DNA of 62,578 nucleotides, counting the filler, from Choristocarpus tenellus KU-1152 (taxonomy: Eukaryota > Protista > Phaeophyceae): assembly GCA_964200185.2 (NCBI GenBank). It is 10 parts of 10 records of this genome, joined end to end, with 100 filler letters (N's around TTAATTAATTAA, not from the genome) between each part and the next. Parts side by side here need not be neighbours in the genome. Positions count along the whole stretch, not along the records: positions 25,466 to 34,758 come from CAXNAD020003810.1; positions 34,859 to 39,207 come from CAXNAD020014982.1; 8 more parts are not named here. One strand, 5' to 3'. Below the pieces are notes generated by a model. It searched no databases and was not told the origin of the DNA. It saw nothing but the letters and a program-made list of their open reading frames with translations. Each line of letters starts with the position of its first letter. Positions within the stretch are counted from its first letter, which is position 1. Shown here piece after piece: positions 25,900 to 39,307 of the stretch. A program made the position numbers and the translations under genes.

Positions 25900-27480
25900 C
25901 AGCGAGCTGTGATACTTCCCTATGTAGAATGGGTGTCTAGAGTTTCCATGACCCAGCATAGGCGCTTTCCTGGAGTGGTACATCTCTCCCCAGTCCCAAA
26001 GTGTGAAGTATACACCTTGCTTGCAATCGTTAAACATTTTCGGCAACAGAGGGCTAGCTGGAGATCTTTCCACTCATCTGCTCTCACTTTGCTGCAGTTC
26101 ACCTGTGTCTCTGTGCTGGCAGTATGGATTCACGACCATCTCTCACGTGGAAGCATACTGTGCAAAAGGAAGTACTGATAATGAGGGAGGTACCATGACT
26201 GAATGTCAGCATGTGAGTGTGAGTGGAAAGGGCTGGAGACAGGAGTAAAGCACTCTGCTTAGTTTGTCCTGTCTCCGTTTCGTTCACAAGAAAACACCCA
26301 AGGGCTTTGTAAGAAGGAGGCACAGCAAACTCACAGCAAGGATGCTGAAATATTGGCATGGTTCGGGGGAAGATGGCAAGTGCTACCAACAGGGTGAAGA
26401 TGGAGGACTAGGCAAAGGCAATCAATGGGCAAGGGCAAGCCAAAAAGTGCCAAGAATACCTACTGCCCGAGTATGAGCATGGACTGCGTGTGGCAGGGCT
26501 TGAGGGAAGGATTGGTTGGAATGTAGGCAGGGGGGGGGCGGAACAGAGGAAGAGTGGCAGGGAAGAATGGTTGGCAGTGGATAAATGGACTGGACACAGG
26601 ATGCTGCCCACGCAGATGTGTTTGAGCAATTGAGGTGGATCAGCAAGCAGCGTGCATGGAGGACATGTGGCGTCACAACGGATGAGGAGTAGCATGGGAG
26701 GAGGTTAGGGTCCTCCTGAATTGTGCTGAGAACAAGCAAGGCAACCTGTTACACGCGGAAGGTTTTGTTGTGAGAGACCATGCACCGCAGTAGACCAGTA
26801 GTACTGTCCTGACATGGCAGTAAATGGTACTCAAATCGTGAATGTTGTGTGTTTGTGTGTGTGTGTGTGTGTTTGTGTGCACATTTAGGATTTGGGGGGT
26901 CTTGTGTCTCGTCCTTGCTTGGGGTCGCTATGCTTTAAGTGGGTGCCTGATAAGAACCCCTTGGCAGCCAGCATGTGTTTGAGCTGTTGTCGCATCAGAG
27001 GATTGTGATCAGCTATCTGTTCCATGTGTTTGTCGTGGATCTGTAGGTGATCTAACTGATCTTTTCCTTCACAGAATTGTGATGCGACTGAGGAGAATTT
27101 GGCAAATAGCTGTCGACAACGTTTTGGCGGTTTGAGTGGTACTGCGTTGGGTTAGGTAGGGGTATGAAACATAAGACCACTGAGAAGAGGAGTAGAAGGA
27201 GTCATGTTGCAATACAGATTGCAGAACCAATGGCGTTGCCTGTACACTGCATGTTGTCTGTGTTTACCTCTAGTGTTGGTTGATGCCATTAGACCACCTG
27301 ATGTGGCCAGACACAGGTTGAGGTGGATGGGAGACAAAACATATCCGTGCCCAGCCCTTGCGATTTATGGGTGGGTGGAGAGACCAAGAAATCCCCATCG
27401 TGTGGTCTGGGTCCATGCACTGGGAGCAGGCATTCGCCTTGTCCCCACCACTGCTGTTGTCTCACTTTGTGGGGAGTTCA
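25900..27480 (-). mobile_element. Ty1/Copia gag-pol fossil
   Basis: CSQCMDPDHTMGISWSLHP (zinc knuckle), a protease-like remnant, ETQVNCSKVRADE (like K.VRSD.GGE) and VYTSHFGTGER (like PYTPQQNG.AER), in Copia order. Many lesions. Confidence 0.5.
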
Positions 27481-29589
27481 GTTGTTGAAATGTAAGCTGG
27501 CTTGTGCTTCATTCAGGTTGCTGCATTTCTCAACCGCCTGTGCTGCAACTACCGAGTCCAATGTTATCGCACTATTAATTTATGGTGATGTAACCAGCCA
27601 AGAAATCGCAAATCCTTAGCATTTCATTTTGTATCAGTAACCTTTTCTTTTCCCTTGATTTGTTTCTTTTGTGTCCTTTTTAGTAGGTCTATTAGAATTA
27701 CTGGAACTAGTTGATGAGATTTGTCACAACAAGTACCGCTGCTACTCTTAATGCTGCAGTATAATTGTCATCAAAGGAAGTAAACTGTTGATGGTCCTGA
27801 CAGAGAGATGTTTTGAGGACATGGGCCTTGAGTCGACTGTGACTTGGTTTCGGTGCAATTATAGGTGATCGTTTTTTGCTGTTGCATTTTTACCCATGTC
27901 AACGCATCCACTTGTGATTCCTCCAATAGGTAGTCTAGGAACTCAAGAGTAATCTTCTACTATAGATGAGAGGTCCATTGTTTGTAGGTTTGTTTGGTGA
28001 TATTTTGTCCTTGCGTCACGACCATTTATTTTCTGGTTAGGTTGGATTTGCATACACACACTCGGAAAACCAAGATCACATCATTAGAAGGGTCGTTTGG
28101 AGGACACAACCCTCTGTGTGTCACTCTTGCACTAGAGACCTCATTATTTTGACCCATTTTATATGTGATGCCTCCAAGCAAGTTATCTATGCACAACCTA
28201 CCACTCCAACCCGAACTATTTACTCTGAAGCATACACTATCATTCTTTGCGGGAGGATGTAGTCAAAGAGAGTTTAGTACCACGACTGTAATTTTTTTTG
28301 TGTTCATTAGTGACTATAGTAACCTGGAAAGTGAATAGAGTCCGCTGGTTCTACGCATTTTTTTATTGGACAACTTTTTGTGACTTGTTCTGTATGTCCT
28401 CCATCAGCAAAGCTTTTATAGGGTTCCAACAATTGCGCATCTAGAAAGTACTTTTTAAAGGTTGCGGGTCCACTCCACTTTGTAATGGCATGAAGGAATG
28501 AATCCTCTCGAAGTAATGGAGTTCCCACAACCTCACTTGGTCAAAGTACAAGTATCGGTTGAGTCCTCTGCTACCAGTGATGAGATCTGCCTCTATTATT
28601 TATCAACTCAGAACAGAAAGTAGTGGAAAATAGTACCTTCTACTTGGAGCTGAGCAGTAGACAGATCGTGGTCTCGCTCTCAAGAGGAGTTTGGTGGTTA
28701 CCTTTGGTGAGTCATACAGGTAACAATCGAAATACCGTTCTGAATAAGAGCTCTCACCTAGACGACCATATTATTATATGGTGGTGGTGGGTGGGACAGG
28801 AAAATGCGGTATTGTATATATACCGCTAAATTGGTACCGTACAACGGTTCCGTCGAAGTTCACAATCTTTTCTGAAAGATACACTATTGTTGTACTTGTA
28901 ATGGGGTCTGATTCTGTGTGATGGGAGGTGATGAGAACCACCAGAGATAAGGTTCAGAAAGGAAGTGAGAGATTAGACTGAGGCATGCTGAATGTATGAT
29001 AACCTCATGTGGATCAATATTCAATGTAATTGGTTGTGACCAGTCATAACAGAAAAAACAATCTCGACTTTGCTGGTTTGAATCCACCGTTCATGTCGGG
29101 GTTACCGCGGGCCAGTCGTGCGTCGGACCCACACCACATCACTTGACCTGGTCTCAATCGCAAAAAGTGACGCGCGCAAATGTATATAACCGCGTGTATT
29201 ATCCTCATCAATGTCGGAGTTCCAAAAAAGGTGACCTGTCCCCGACATACCACATTTATTCTGTATCCTCATCACAGTCTGAGGGATCCAATCAGTGGAC
29301 TGTATCCTAGACTCGTGGTCGAAACGGTAATCCAAAGAACGTAATACGAAAAATATATACATTGATTGCTTGAGAAGACGCCAAGGGCTACAAAGAAAAG
29401 AGATACAGAGAAGAAATGGGAGAAGAGGAAGAGAAGGGAAGAGAACCTACAAATGGGAAAAAGAAGATATTTCCAGCTACAAACAAGTGTAAGGGGAAAG
29501 AGAATAAACAAAGAACAATGGATGCGGGAAAAACACCCAAAAAGAGGAAAGCAGCATGCAATAGACACAGTGGTTGTGGAGGTGTTGGT

Positions 29590-29960
29590 GATTTGGGTAG
29601 CGTGGTGTACATTACCTATCATGGCTTCCTTGGAATGCATCTCTTCCATGTCTCTCGCTATGCTGGCAGTCACACACTCATACCACTTCTGTTGGTCAGA
29701 GATCATAGTGGTCCAACCCTCGCACATAAAATCCCAACCATCGCATCTTCGAGGAACATCCACCATTTTTTCTTGTCCACCTTGCTTCCGTCTTCCCGCC
29801 GCAAGTTTCCCAAACACGAACACTTTAGTAAGTCACTCATCCCCTATGCGAGCAACTGACGCAGCAAATAGGAGTCTCCGCTTGCGCATAGTTGCGTCCA
29901 TACTCTCGCACTCAGTCTTCAGAAAAGTGTGTTTGTTGAACAGGATAATATCGCCATAAA
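29590..29960 (-). mobile_element. RTE-clade LINE ORF2 C-terminal fragment
   Basis: HTLLKTECESMDATMRKRRLLFAASVARIGDE*LTKVFVFGKLAAGRRKQGGQEK..GWTT..DQQKWYECV matches the RTE tail S.EAT.RKRR..FAG.VARM.D.RLPK.V.FGEL..G....GGQEKEW. One in-frame stop. Confidence 0.8.
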
Positions 29961-30143
29961 ATAATTGTTCTGATACCTAAGCACTACACTATTATATCTG
30001 AAAAACAGTCGGTTATGTTTCGTAACGACCTCAACTAACAACAGATATTTAGCACTCGAAAGTACTCTAATCGAATATTGAACGGATTTCACGAGGAAAA
30101 AACGCAGGGATGGGAGAGTTTCTGAGAGTCGAACGGGGTTGGA

Positions 30144-33100
30144 ATGGGTCAGATGATGAATAGGTTTACGAAGTCTCCCAGCGTGTATAACATCTCAGTC
30201 TCAGCTAGAAAATATCGTCATGACTTCGAGTCGCTTCAGCTAACAGAGAATGAGGTCAACCTGATGTGGGAGGAATTCTGTAAAGTAAGTGTATCTACTT
30301 TATATGGCATCGGCAAGACTTTCAGCACTTTCATCTGCCTCTCCGGACTTGAGTCGTTGCCGGTATTCTCAAAGAAACTTACGAATTGCCACTATCAACT
30401 TTCTTCGCAGTATGCTGTTCGCAATAATGTGCCGATGGGAGTCAGACATCTATATGAGTCGACTCCCCGTGAGCTTTGCGTGTCTGCTCTACCGGCTAGT
30501 TTGTTGGCTATAGTCTGCTCCTCAATTTACCGCCAGGTCACTGTTCCTCCTTGGTTGGCAGATTGACGTCGATGGATCTGGGGAAATAAACACATGGGAA
30601 CTCTTGGAGCACTTGGAGCTCACGCAAAGCAAATTTAGCAACAGAATATTTCGGTGAGACTTTCTGAAATTCACAACCTCATTGATGCGCTGTGATTGTT
30701 CTTAACAAATCCTCTTCTACAACCTTGTCTACCTTAGCAGGACATCTATAGTCTGGCTTACGAGTACTGATTGCCCACATATCTTTAACATTTTCTCCCC
30801 ACAATACACATAAACAACGCATAGAGAAAATACAGATCACATTTCATCTCATATTAACGTCCTTCTGTAGATCCCCAAGATCAGTACTCAGCTCCCAGAT
30901 ACGTGTGATTCTAATGCCCACACCTCAACTGCGTTCACTTGCAAAATATATTGCATGGTATTCTGCTTCCAAAACAGGATCTTTGACACCGACCAGAGTG
31001 GAGAGATTGACTTTCGAGAATTTGTCATGAGCCTTTGGAATTATTGTGAGTGACAATGTAACCAAGCCCACATCAGTCACCTTGGTTCATGCTTATATTC
31101 ACTCCCAAATAAGCTTCTAGCGTGCTATCACTCAACAAAATACTCCACACTCCATTGCATCTATAAACTCGTGCCACAACTTCCGAGTGATACAAAAGTT
31201 GTTTGAAATATCAAGGGCTAGTTGTAACCAGTGCCTCATATTGCACGACAATCCTGCGACCAACCCTATCGGGAAAACGGAGACATGAACATAGAAATCT
31301 ATGGTATATGTATGGGAGATGGCCCTGCCATAATCTTGATTGCCTAACAGAAAACTCATCAAAAAAATGATCATGGTGTATGACCTACTCTGTGACTTAA
31401 GTGGGAAATAACACTAGAGAGAGGGCTAATTACAATCTGCACCTAAGACAGAGTGTAGGTATGAGTGGTATCCATAGGTGAAGCAGCATTAACCCTTCAA
31501 ATATATATGTAATAATATTTTGAAGTTAGTATTTTTGTAGGTTGACGAGTTTGCAGGGGAAAAGTGTCTTATAGACTCAGTTAAAAATAGGATACCCTCT
31601 CGGTGTAAATTGTTCTTTTTTAAACATTGCACCCACTCATCAATATTCATATTCTTAACACATCCCTAGCAGACCCAGACATATGACATGGTGCTCGTAA
31701 GTTGTTGGTCATAAAACCCTCCAGCCCTCAAATAATTTTGTGGTTATCTCTGGGCCATTAGTGTCTCTATAAATATATACGGGGTGCAGAAGCACGCCAT
31801 AGAATGGGCACCTAGGAATAAGCTATATAGATACTCTAGCCCCCCATTTTGCACCTTGTAAATGGTCTGGTTCACCCTGGTTCCCTACATTTGTACCACA
31901 TGATAACAGTGAAGTATTTCATGGGATACTCCTCGCAGAAGCAATCTGCACCAGAGCCTGTCAAGTTCGATGCTTGGTTATCATGAAAAAATGTACTCCA
32001 GAGTTCACTTTTTTGGAATGCTGTGAGAAAGAACATATTTTACTCACAGCTTTCGTTGTTTGCCTGATTTTTTTATTTTCTGCCAGGTACTCTGTCCAAA
32101 GCAGCACTGATCATGTTCGCTTTTGACCTCTATGATAACGACAACAGTGGAGAGATTGATCTTGCCGAGGTAGAGATCATGCTCAAGGAAGTCTATGGGA
32201 AAGAGTTTGAGGTCAGCGCTCTCGCTCAGGTGCAATAAAATGTGTTGATCCACGCCTTCATCTCCATACTCAGTATATGCCTTTGTTTTCACTCAAGGAT
32301 ACTCAGATGTAAACAAGAGAAAATACACCAAAAAAGGTTCTCCAGAATAAAACACAGGATAACAACTTTCTTGGACAAGGCTGTGATTCATGAGGGCAAG
32401 GGACAGGCAGGGACAACAACCTGTCCTTATCATCTCTGATGTCACCATTGGGAACAAATTGGCCAGGCCCATGATGCCCATCTGGTCGGTTCTCACCTCT
32501 GAGACGTCAACATCCTTTTCTGAACTCTTCTCCCACATACGTATGGCCTTGCAAGGGTATCATGGCCCAGCTCAGGGGATCCAATCTGACTGGGGAGAAT
32601 ACTATATCAGTGAATCAGTTCCGAGAATTCTGTCGTACTCACCCAGCTCTTCTGTACCCAGCTTTTGTTCTGCAGACGAAGATGCAGATGAAGGCAAGAC
32701 ATTACTTAATTATTGGAACAATGAGTTGTACGGACTCTGATAGTCAAACTGAGTCTCTCCTCCTGTGCTCAGACTAGTCTTTATTGTTCACACTCTGCTT
32801 TTCAACAATCACTCGAGAAGGTAGAGAGGATGGCTACTCACAACCCTCTCACTGCAATGGCATCTCCTTCTTTCATAGGACAGACATTACTTATCTTGTC
32901 AACTCGTATGACAACTTGACTACATATATGTAGAGGAGTTTTGTATCCTTACTTCAAGAATTCTCATTTGGTAAGAAAGATTCCCGTGGCATTCTGGAAT
33001 GTGCACACAAAGACTTCCATGCTAGACTTCCTCATACATTGAAGCACTGGCAGCAAAAGCAAACATCTGCCTATTCAGGGTTATCATGGAATTGCTTCCA

Positions 33101-33550
33101 TGGATGATGTTTTCAGCTATTTCATACACAGAAATCACCAGCAGTGGAATACCTAGAAAAACTCTTAACAGGCTGCTGTATATGTACCCAGCACCGTACT
33201 TCAAGCTCATTTTCACACTAAGGTTTGTGGACAACGCCAACCAAAGATTTACCAATACTGTGAAGTGCTCTCGCCATACACTGAAGAGAACTGAGGGAAT
33301 ATCCCTTACCCTTGTTTCTTGTGTTGATTGAGAAGACCGTCAAGGTTTGCTCTTGAGGGAAAATGAGACCACGTGAATTAGTTCTCCTCCAATGAAAGAG
33401 GGACTCAGACGAGCAATTCTACTGTGTCCTGTCCTTATACAGATTCTGGGGGTTAAGTTCTGGGATACATGCAGCAAGAAGAGGGTAGCGCTGTCCAATG
33501 GGGAATATGTTAATGTGGCATCAATCCTACATGTGCATGTCAACGAAAAG
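30144..33550 (+). CDS. EF-hand calcium-binding protein (calcineurin-B/NCS-like), 3' end incomplete
   Basis: Exons 30144-30284, 30562-30653, 30978-31045, 32087-32229, 32556-32693 and 33443-33550 are all in phase. Three canonical EF loops (DVDGSGEINTWE, DTDQSGEIDFRE, DNDNSGEIDLAE), then HPALLYPAF.LQ..MK|ILGVKFW. Intron 5 has a GC donor. Confidence 0.9.
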
Positions 33551-33798
33551 GTTTGTCTTTCCCTGTTGTGATGAAACCTTAGCTGTAGGACTTCAGTTGG
33601 TAGGGGGGCAGAATGTGAAAAAGGAGGAAACTGACAGGATCGTAATCCTCCTCTATGCTGGTGTATCGCCCAGGCTTGAGCTCTCACGTGCTACAATACA
33701 TCACTACAGCTTAGTGCAATAGGCACATGCGTGTCCTGAGTCCTACAGCAATAGCTTCACAACAATCTGTATGGTAACTGAGTTTTTCTCAAACTATA

Positions 33799-33994
33799 TG
33801 GGTCAAAGTATCTTTGGGGCGGGGAGGGATCAACACCAGGGTGTCTATGCAGGCCCTGATCAGGAGAAGTGCACTTACAGTACCCATCCGACGCATGCAA
33901 CCAAGTCACCCTCAAATCGCGAAAGGGAAAAATGGGTTCCAAATGTACAGCCATCACACACACACACACACACACACACAGATACTTTGAGCCA
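33799..33994 (+). mobile_element. MITE family B, complete 196-bp copy
   Basis: TIRs TGGGTCAAAGTATCT ... AGATACTTTGAGCCA, flanked by TA on both sides. Non-coding. Confidence 0.88.
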
Positions 33995-34592
33995 TACACC
34001 TCTGTGGACTAGAGCTCTATATACATCGTCCACCCTTCATAACTGTGCCTCCAAGAATTGAAAAATCACACCCTCAACTCCAACATGAATGTGGTGCTTC
34101 ACTTTCGAATTCACATCTGCACACGCCTCTTACTCCATTCAAACTTTATGTCCACCGAAGACAATAAGATAAAATTATTTTGCAGTCACCAGCACTCCTT
34201 CAAACGTATTATGTCTCAGTGTGCGTATTTTTCAGTGCTAGTGACTGGATAAAAACACACTATAAGAAGGACCAATCCGCAAGCTTGAGTGATTGATATT
34301 TGTCACACTGTGAATGTGTAGTGCTTTATCAATCTTCAAATCCCAGCACACTTGATTTTCCGGTTGCCCCTTCTGCTATCATCATACTCTTGTTAGCTGG
34401 AATCAAGTGGCATACATATCTTAGGCATTGGTTCTGCAGTAACTGATTCAGGCTCGGCATGAATAAAATTAACATGGAAATGGTAATTCAGGGACACCCA
34501 GGACGGAAACCCCTTTGATGTTGTACTGATGGCATCGTAAAAGACTTTGTTGAAACAATGCAATTCGAAATGCCTCCAGGCATCTACATATA

Positions 34593-34758
34593 TGGCTCAA
34601 AGTATCTGGGGGGGGTGGCGGCTGTCCATTTGGGGTCAATTTATTCATGTCGCGATTTTTGGGTGATTAGGTTGCAAACGTCGAATGGATAATGTAAATG
34701 CACTTTTCCTGATTATAACCCAAATAGACACCCTGGTGTAGACCCCCCCCCCCCCCCC
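34593..34758 (-). mobile_element. MITE family B, partial copy at contig end
   Basis: TA|TGGCTCAAAGTATCT-polyG-GGCGGCTGTCCATTTGGGG..; reverse-complement homolog of 33799-33994. Confidence 0.88.
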
Positions 34759-37298
34759 NNNNNNNNNNNNNNNNNNNNNNNNNNNNNNNNNNNNNNNNNN
34801 NNTTAATTAATTAANNNNNNNNNNNNNNNNNNNNNNNNNNNNNNNNNNNNNNNNNNNNCTCCCCTGCGCTAAAAAAAAAAGCACTGATCCTGTTGTTTCA
34901 ACAAATCTCATGATTAGAAGATTCCTCTATCTCTGAACATTCCCAATTGAAGGGAGAGAACCAATGTGATGGTATTGAGAAGTGTCACCGGGGGGATTGG
35001 GGTTTAGGGTTAGGGTTTAGGGTAAGTGATGATATGTCCGGTTGTGAGATTGCCTTAACCTTGGGCTTTGTGGCAGAGCTATGTCACGAGAAGACTCCCA
35101 AGTGTGTTTATCTTGGGGGCAGATTAGGTGATGGAGCTGATATCACCACCAACACGAGCTGACGGGTCATGAAAGGGCTCTGTGGGGCTTGTTCTGTTTG
35201 ATATCTCCCTGCGACCATTTGGGCTGTTTCGTGTAGCATGATTATGTCAATAAACTGCAATCCGTTTATTTTTGGAGTATCAGTATGGCGCTAGCTGGCA
35301 ATGGCTTTTGGGTCAGTCTTGCTACCAAGATCTGTTACTTTATAGCTTCATCTTTTTGAGTTTATGTCTTGTATGACTGCGCTTTTTGAGTGTATGACTA
35401 GTAGTAGAGGGGCCTACCGATTTGATCACTAGGGTTAGGGTTATAGAGGAGTACTCCTCCAAAACCCACTGTTGTGATATTGATATTAATATTTGTATGT
35501 TACATATATATATACTAATATTTGTAGCAGCAGCAGCAGTAGTAGTAGTAGTTGGCAACCAAATATGGCAGGGTGAGCTTCTACTCCCCTTGCTCATGTT
35601 GAGGTAGGTGATGATTCAACTTTGTAGTATGTAGTATGTAGTATTGTTCAAAAGTGATTTTGTGTGATCATTTGTTTGGGCACACATCAAGATTGAAGAG
35701 TACCTCGCCGTGGAGGAAATGGTTGAGTGAAGGGAGGGTTTGAGAGAGGAGTGTGGTAAAGGTTGAGAAGAGTATTTTTTTTTTTTTTAATAGCGTATGG
35801 TATACAAAGAAAAATACTCCTGCTAAAAACCTCCTTAAAACAAGAACAACAAAATCTTTTTTTAATCTGATATTTGTTTAAATAAAATCTATAAAAATTT
35901 TATCAGTCGATCAAAATCGATAACTATTTTTTTCCAAACCGGTAAATCCATAAAAAAAATATTTTTTGCTAGCCAGTGGAGTTTGAGAGCAACTCCCTCA
36001 TCACTTAAAAATTTTGTGGTGTCCCTGACTCTCCCTTTTCTATTCCCCGGCAGAGGCTTTGAGAGAGGCTTTGTTAGGTGTGTTACGAGTTGTGGATAAA
36101 GGGCTTGAGTAAGACATTCTTACTTCTTTCTCTCTTTTTTTTTTTGTAAGACTGAAGATTTTTCGATTTTTTTTTATTAAAATCTTCGGGAGGGGCGGAA
36201 GTTGCTCTGGGGTTATAGGGCAAGGAAGGCAGACCTATATGATTATTGTATTTGTGTTTGTATTATTTTTTTCCTGTAGACAGATCTGGACTCTCAAGGA
36301 ATGAGAACAGAATTCTGTTTATTGGCACCCTGGGTTAGAATTGGTTTTGAACAGGTTTGGCATTCGGAGGTAGTGATATCGTAGTATCAGCAGTGGGAAT
36401 GATATTAGATATTTGATATTAGTTAGTTTGTAGAGGATCAATCAAGGCTCATTGATCAGTTGCTACGTTAGTTTAGTTTGGTTTTTAGTTAGTATCCTTT
36501 CGGGGAGTAGGGTGTTTTGATGCCTAGGTTTACTTACCATGGATGGCGTTGGTGGTGTAGGGGGTAGGTATTTGGAGATACTTCCCCTAGAAGGCTCGTT
36601 GCTGTTTTTTTATTGTTTTAGAGGTGATTATTGAGGTGTAGGGCTGGTAGGTTGGGAAGGGAGGGGTAGAGAGCATATCAAGATTAGAGGAAGGTCAAAC
36701 CTTTGTTTCGTTTGTTGGTTAGGGTTAGGGTTAAGGTGAGCGATGTTGGTGGTGTTGGTAATAATGAGAGGGTGAATTTCTGTTGGTGTGATTCCAAACT
36801 TATTTCTCGCTCCTCCGTTATTTTTTTAGTGTCTTGTGGGCTATTTTGGTGTTATTTTTTTTGTTGTTGGAAGGAATGTACGTACACGCCTTTTTTCTTA
36901 TAGAAAACTCCCGAGTGCTTGTTTGGATTAGTTGTGGCAGGTTGTTTGTCTTACGTGTGTATTTATGTATGTATATTTAGGCGTGTGTAGGGTTGAGGTA
37001 CTGAACAGGAGAACTGGTTGAGCAAGGCACACGCAACTAATATGAATGCACTTGAGAAATCAGGTTTGGGGTTAGGGATACAGGAGGTTTGATGATAAAT
37101 GTAATAAAAACTTTTAGTAACTAAATGTAACGGTGGCTTTTAATCACACTACGATTTTATTCTATTTTAATTAGTCAAACCCAAAAAATTGAGGAGGGGT
37201 GATTCCCTTCTTTTTTTTTGAGTACTCTAGTCGCTTTTGTATTTATTTTTATATTTTATTTATATTTTGTCCATCTCAGTTCATGCACTCAGTGTACA

Positions 37299-37486
37299 TG
37301 TTGATTCAAATGGAGTACCTAGTACTTTTGAGGCGATTTGGTTGGGTTTTTTTTTTTTTTTTTTATATGGTTTTGATTGGTAGCACTTGTTGATTCAAAT
37401 GGAGTACCTAGTACTTTTGAGGCGATTTGGTTGGGTTTTTTTTTTTTTGTCATAAATGGTTTTGATTGGTAGCACTTGTTGATTCA
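37299..37486. repeat. Tandem duplication of about 90 bp
   Basis: TGTTGATTCAAATGGAGTACCTAGTACTTTTGAGGCGATTTGGTTGGG-polyT..GGTTTTGATTGGTAGCACT occurs twice, plus the start of a third copy. Confidence 0.85.
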
Positions 37487-37721
37487 CTTCTGAGCAAACC
37501 TTTTTTATTTGTGAGTGTATGTATTCCCATCTTGTTATCCCCAGTCCACCCTCTTGTCCATTTGTGATATATATATAACTATATGTACTATATATAACTA
37601 TATGTACTATATATATAGCCTTGTGACTGATGCCCCCTTCTCCTCCTGCGCTTCAAGACCCAACCCATTAAAAGTTGAATATTGTGTTGTGTGTTGTGTG
37701 TGTGTGTGTTGTCTAAAAAAG

Positions 37722-39076
37722 GTACATATGTGGATCTTCTGGTAATAACCCTACACAAGCTTATTGTGGCTGGTTCAAACTCATTGAAGAGTTTGTACCA
37801 CTGTTTCCTTACGGTGATCTGCAATATCTCTCCCTACTGCAAGGGAATGAGCCTGGTAGCCTCTGTCAAGATGCTCAACCTGCTGGAACTGCTGACAAGC
37901 CCCAGGCATGAAACAGTACCATGAGGAAGAGGGGGGGGGGGGAGATATTGCTGTTATTTTCTGCTTTGGTACGATATTTAGAGATTGATGAGAGTTTTTT
38001 TTTATATTTTGAGTTAGGGTTAGTGTTGAATGTTGCTTCACATTACTAGGAGTGTAGTGTAGAATGTAGGGTGTATTGTTTATGTTTGTTAGTTAATTCA
38101 TTGTTTTTTTTGGTTTTTACTTGTTTTTAATTATTCTCAGTTTGAAGGGTTTGAAGGTGTGGGAAGTGGGTTCTAAGAGAGGGTCTCTACTGGAATTTTG
38201 AAATTTCCACTTGACCCCTTTTGTGGAATTGTTTTTTTGTTTCCTGTCGTATCATATCATATTCATATCGTATCGTATTCATGTCATATCGTATTCATAT
38301 CGTATCGTATTCATGTAGTATCCGAGATGGACTAAAAGGACTAGTTGGACTAGTTGTGGTGGGTTGGTTAAGGACCAAAGTTTTTTTTTTTTTGGATCGA
38401 GGCCTTACAGAGGAATGCTTTTTTGAGTTGAAAGGATGTGATGGAGTGTTGTTGCGATAATTTATTTTTTATTAGCAGTAGTATTAGTGTTATGATTGTA
38501 TTGTTAAGAGGAGTGGAGGTGTGTAAGGAACAACAATACACAATGTAAGTAACATGTAAGTAACACACTGATTGCCCGTGGGGTGTATGTATATTGATTA
38601 CAGGTGATGGTGATGGTGATAGTGGTAATAATAATAATATACATAATTATAGTGATAATAATATGGTACAGGGTTAGGGTTAGGGTTACATGAGTTACTA
38701 ACTTGGAAGTGTTTTGATGTGTGATGTGAGATATTACAACTCTTGGTACAATAATACAATGCAAGTTGTAGTTTTGTGTGTGTCTTGTGTGTTCAGCCAC
38801 ACTGCTCAAAAACTTTGCTTTTTTACCCCCCAACTAACGGTTTATTGACTCTCCTGCCCCCTCCCCCCCCCCCTCCCCCCAACATACAAGTACACGGATT
38901 CACGCCAATTTTTTTTCTTAACTATATATAATTTTTTTTTGTTATACAGGATGATGTATGGCATGGAAAGCAGTCACCTCCACATGGCATTGCTGCTGGA
39001 GACATTTGCTAATGTCATCCAGTATCAGTATGTTGGAAATGCACATCTCATCTATGCCATTGTGAGGAGAAAGAAG
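37722..39076 (+). CDS. HID1: HID1 domain protein (HID-1/Ecm30 family), two internal exons
   Basis: Exons 37722-37905 and 38950-39076 give GTYVDLLVITLHKLI..LYHCFLTVICNISPYCKGMSLVASVKMLNLLE..LLLETFANVIQYQYVGNAHLIYAIVRRK. This matches HID1 (GTHADLLI..HK.I..CLLT...NVSPY.K..LLE.FNNIIQYQF.GN.NL.YAIIR). GC donor at 37906. Confidence 0.9.
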
Positions 39077-39307
39077 GTGAAGTGTTTTCGGAATCATGGA
39101 CGCACGAATAGGTTCGTTTTTTCGTTTTTTCGCGCGTGCGTGCTCGCAGTGATTTGGTCTGTCTGCAGGGAGCTTGAAGGAGTGGTGGATGAATTTTGGG
39201 GGAGGGGNNNNNNNNNNNNNNNNNNNNNNNNNNNNNNNNNNNNNNNNNNNNTTAATTAATTAANNNNNNNNNNNNNNNNNNNNNNNNNNNNNNNNNNNNN
39301 NNNNNNN

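Noticed and set aside
28300-29330. Candidate small minus-strand exons (IQSTDWIPQTVMRIQNKC, ESSYSERYFDCYLYDSPK)
   Set aside because: Splice sites are plausible, but no start codon, complete model or recognisable homology was found.
29366-29959. 197-aa and 147-aa plus-strand ORFs
   Set aside because: Antisense to the RTE LINE fragment plus purine-rich low-complexity sequence.
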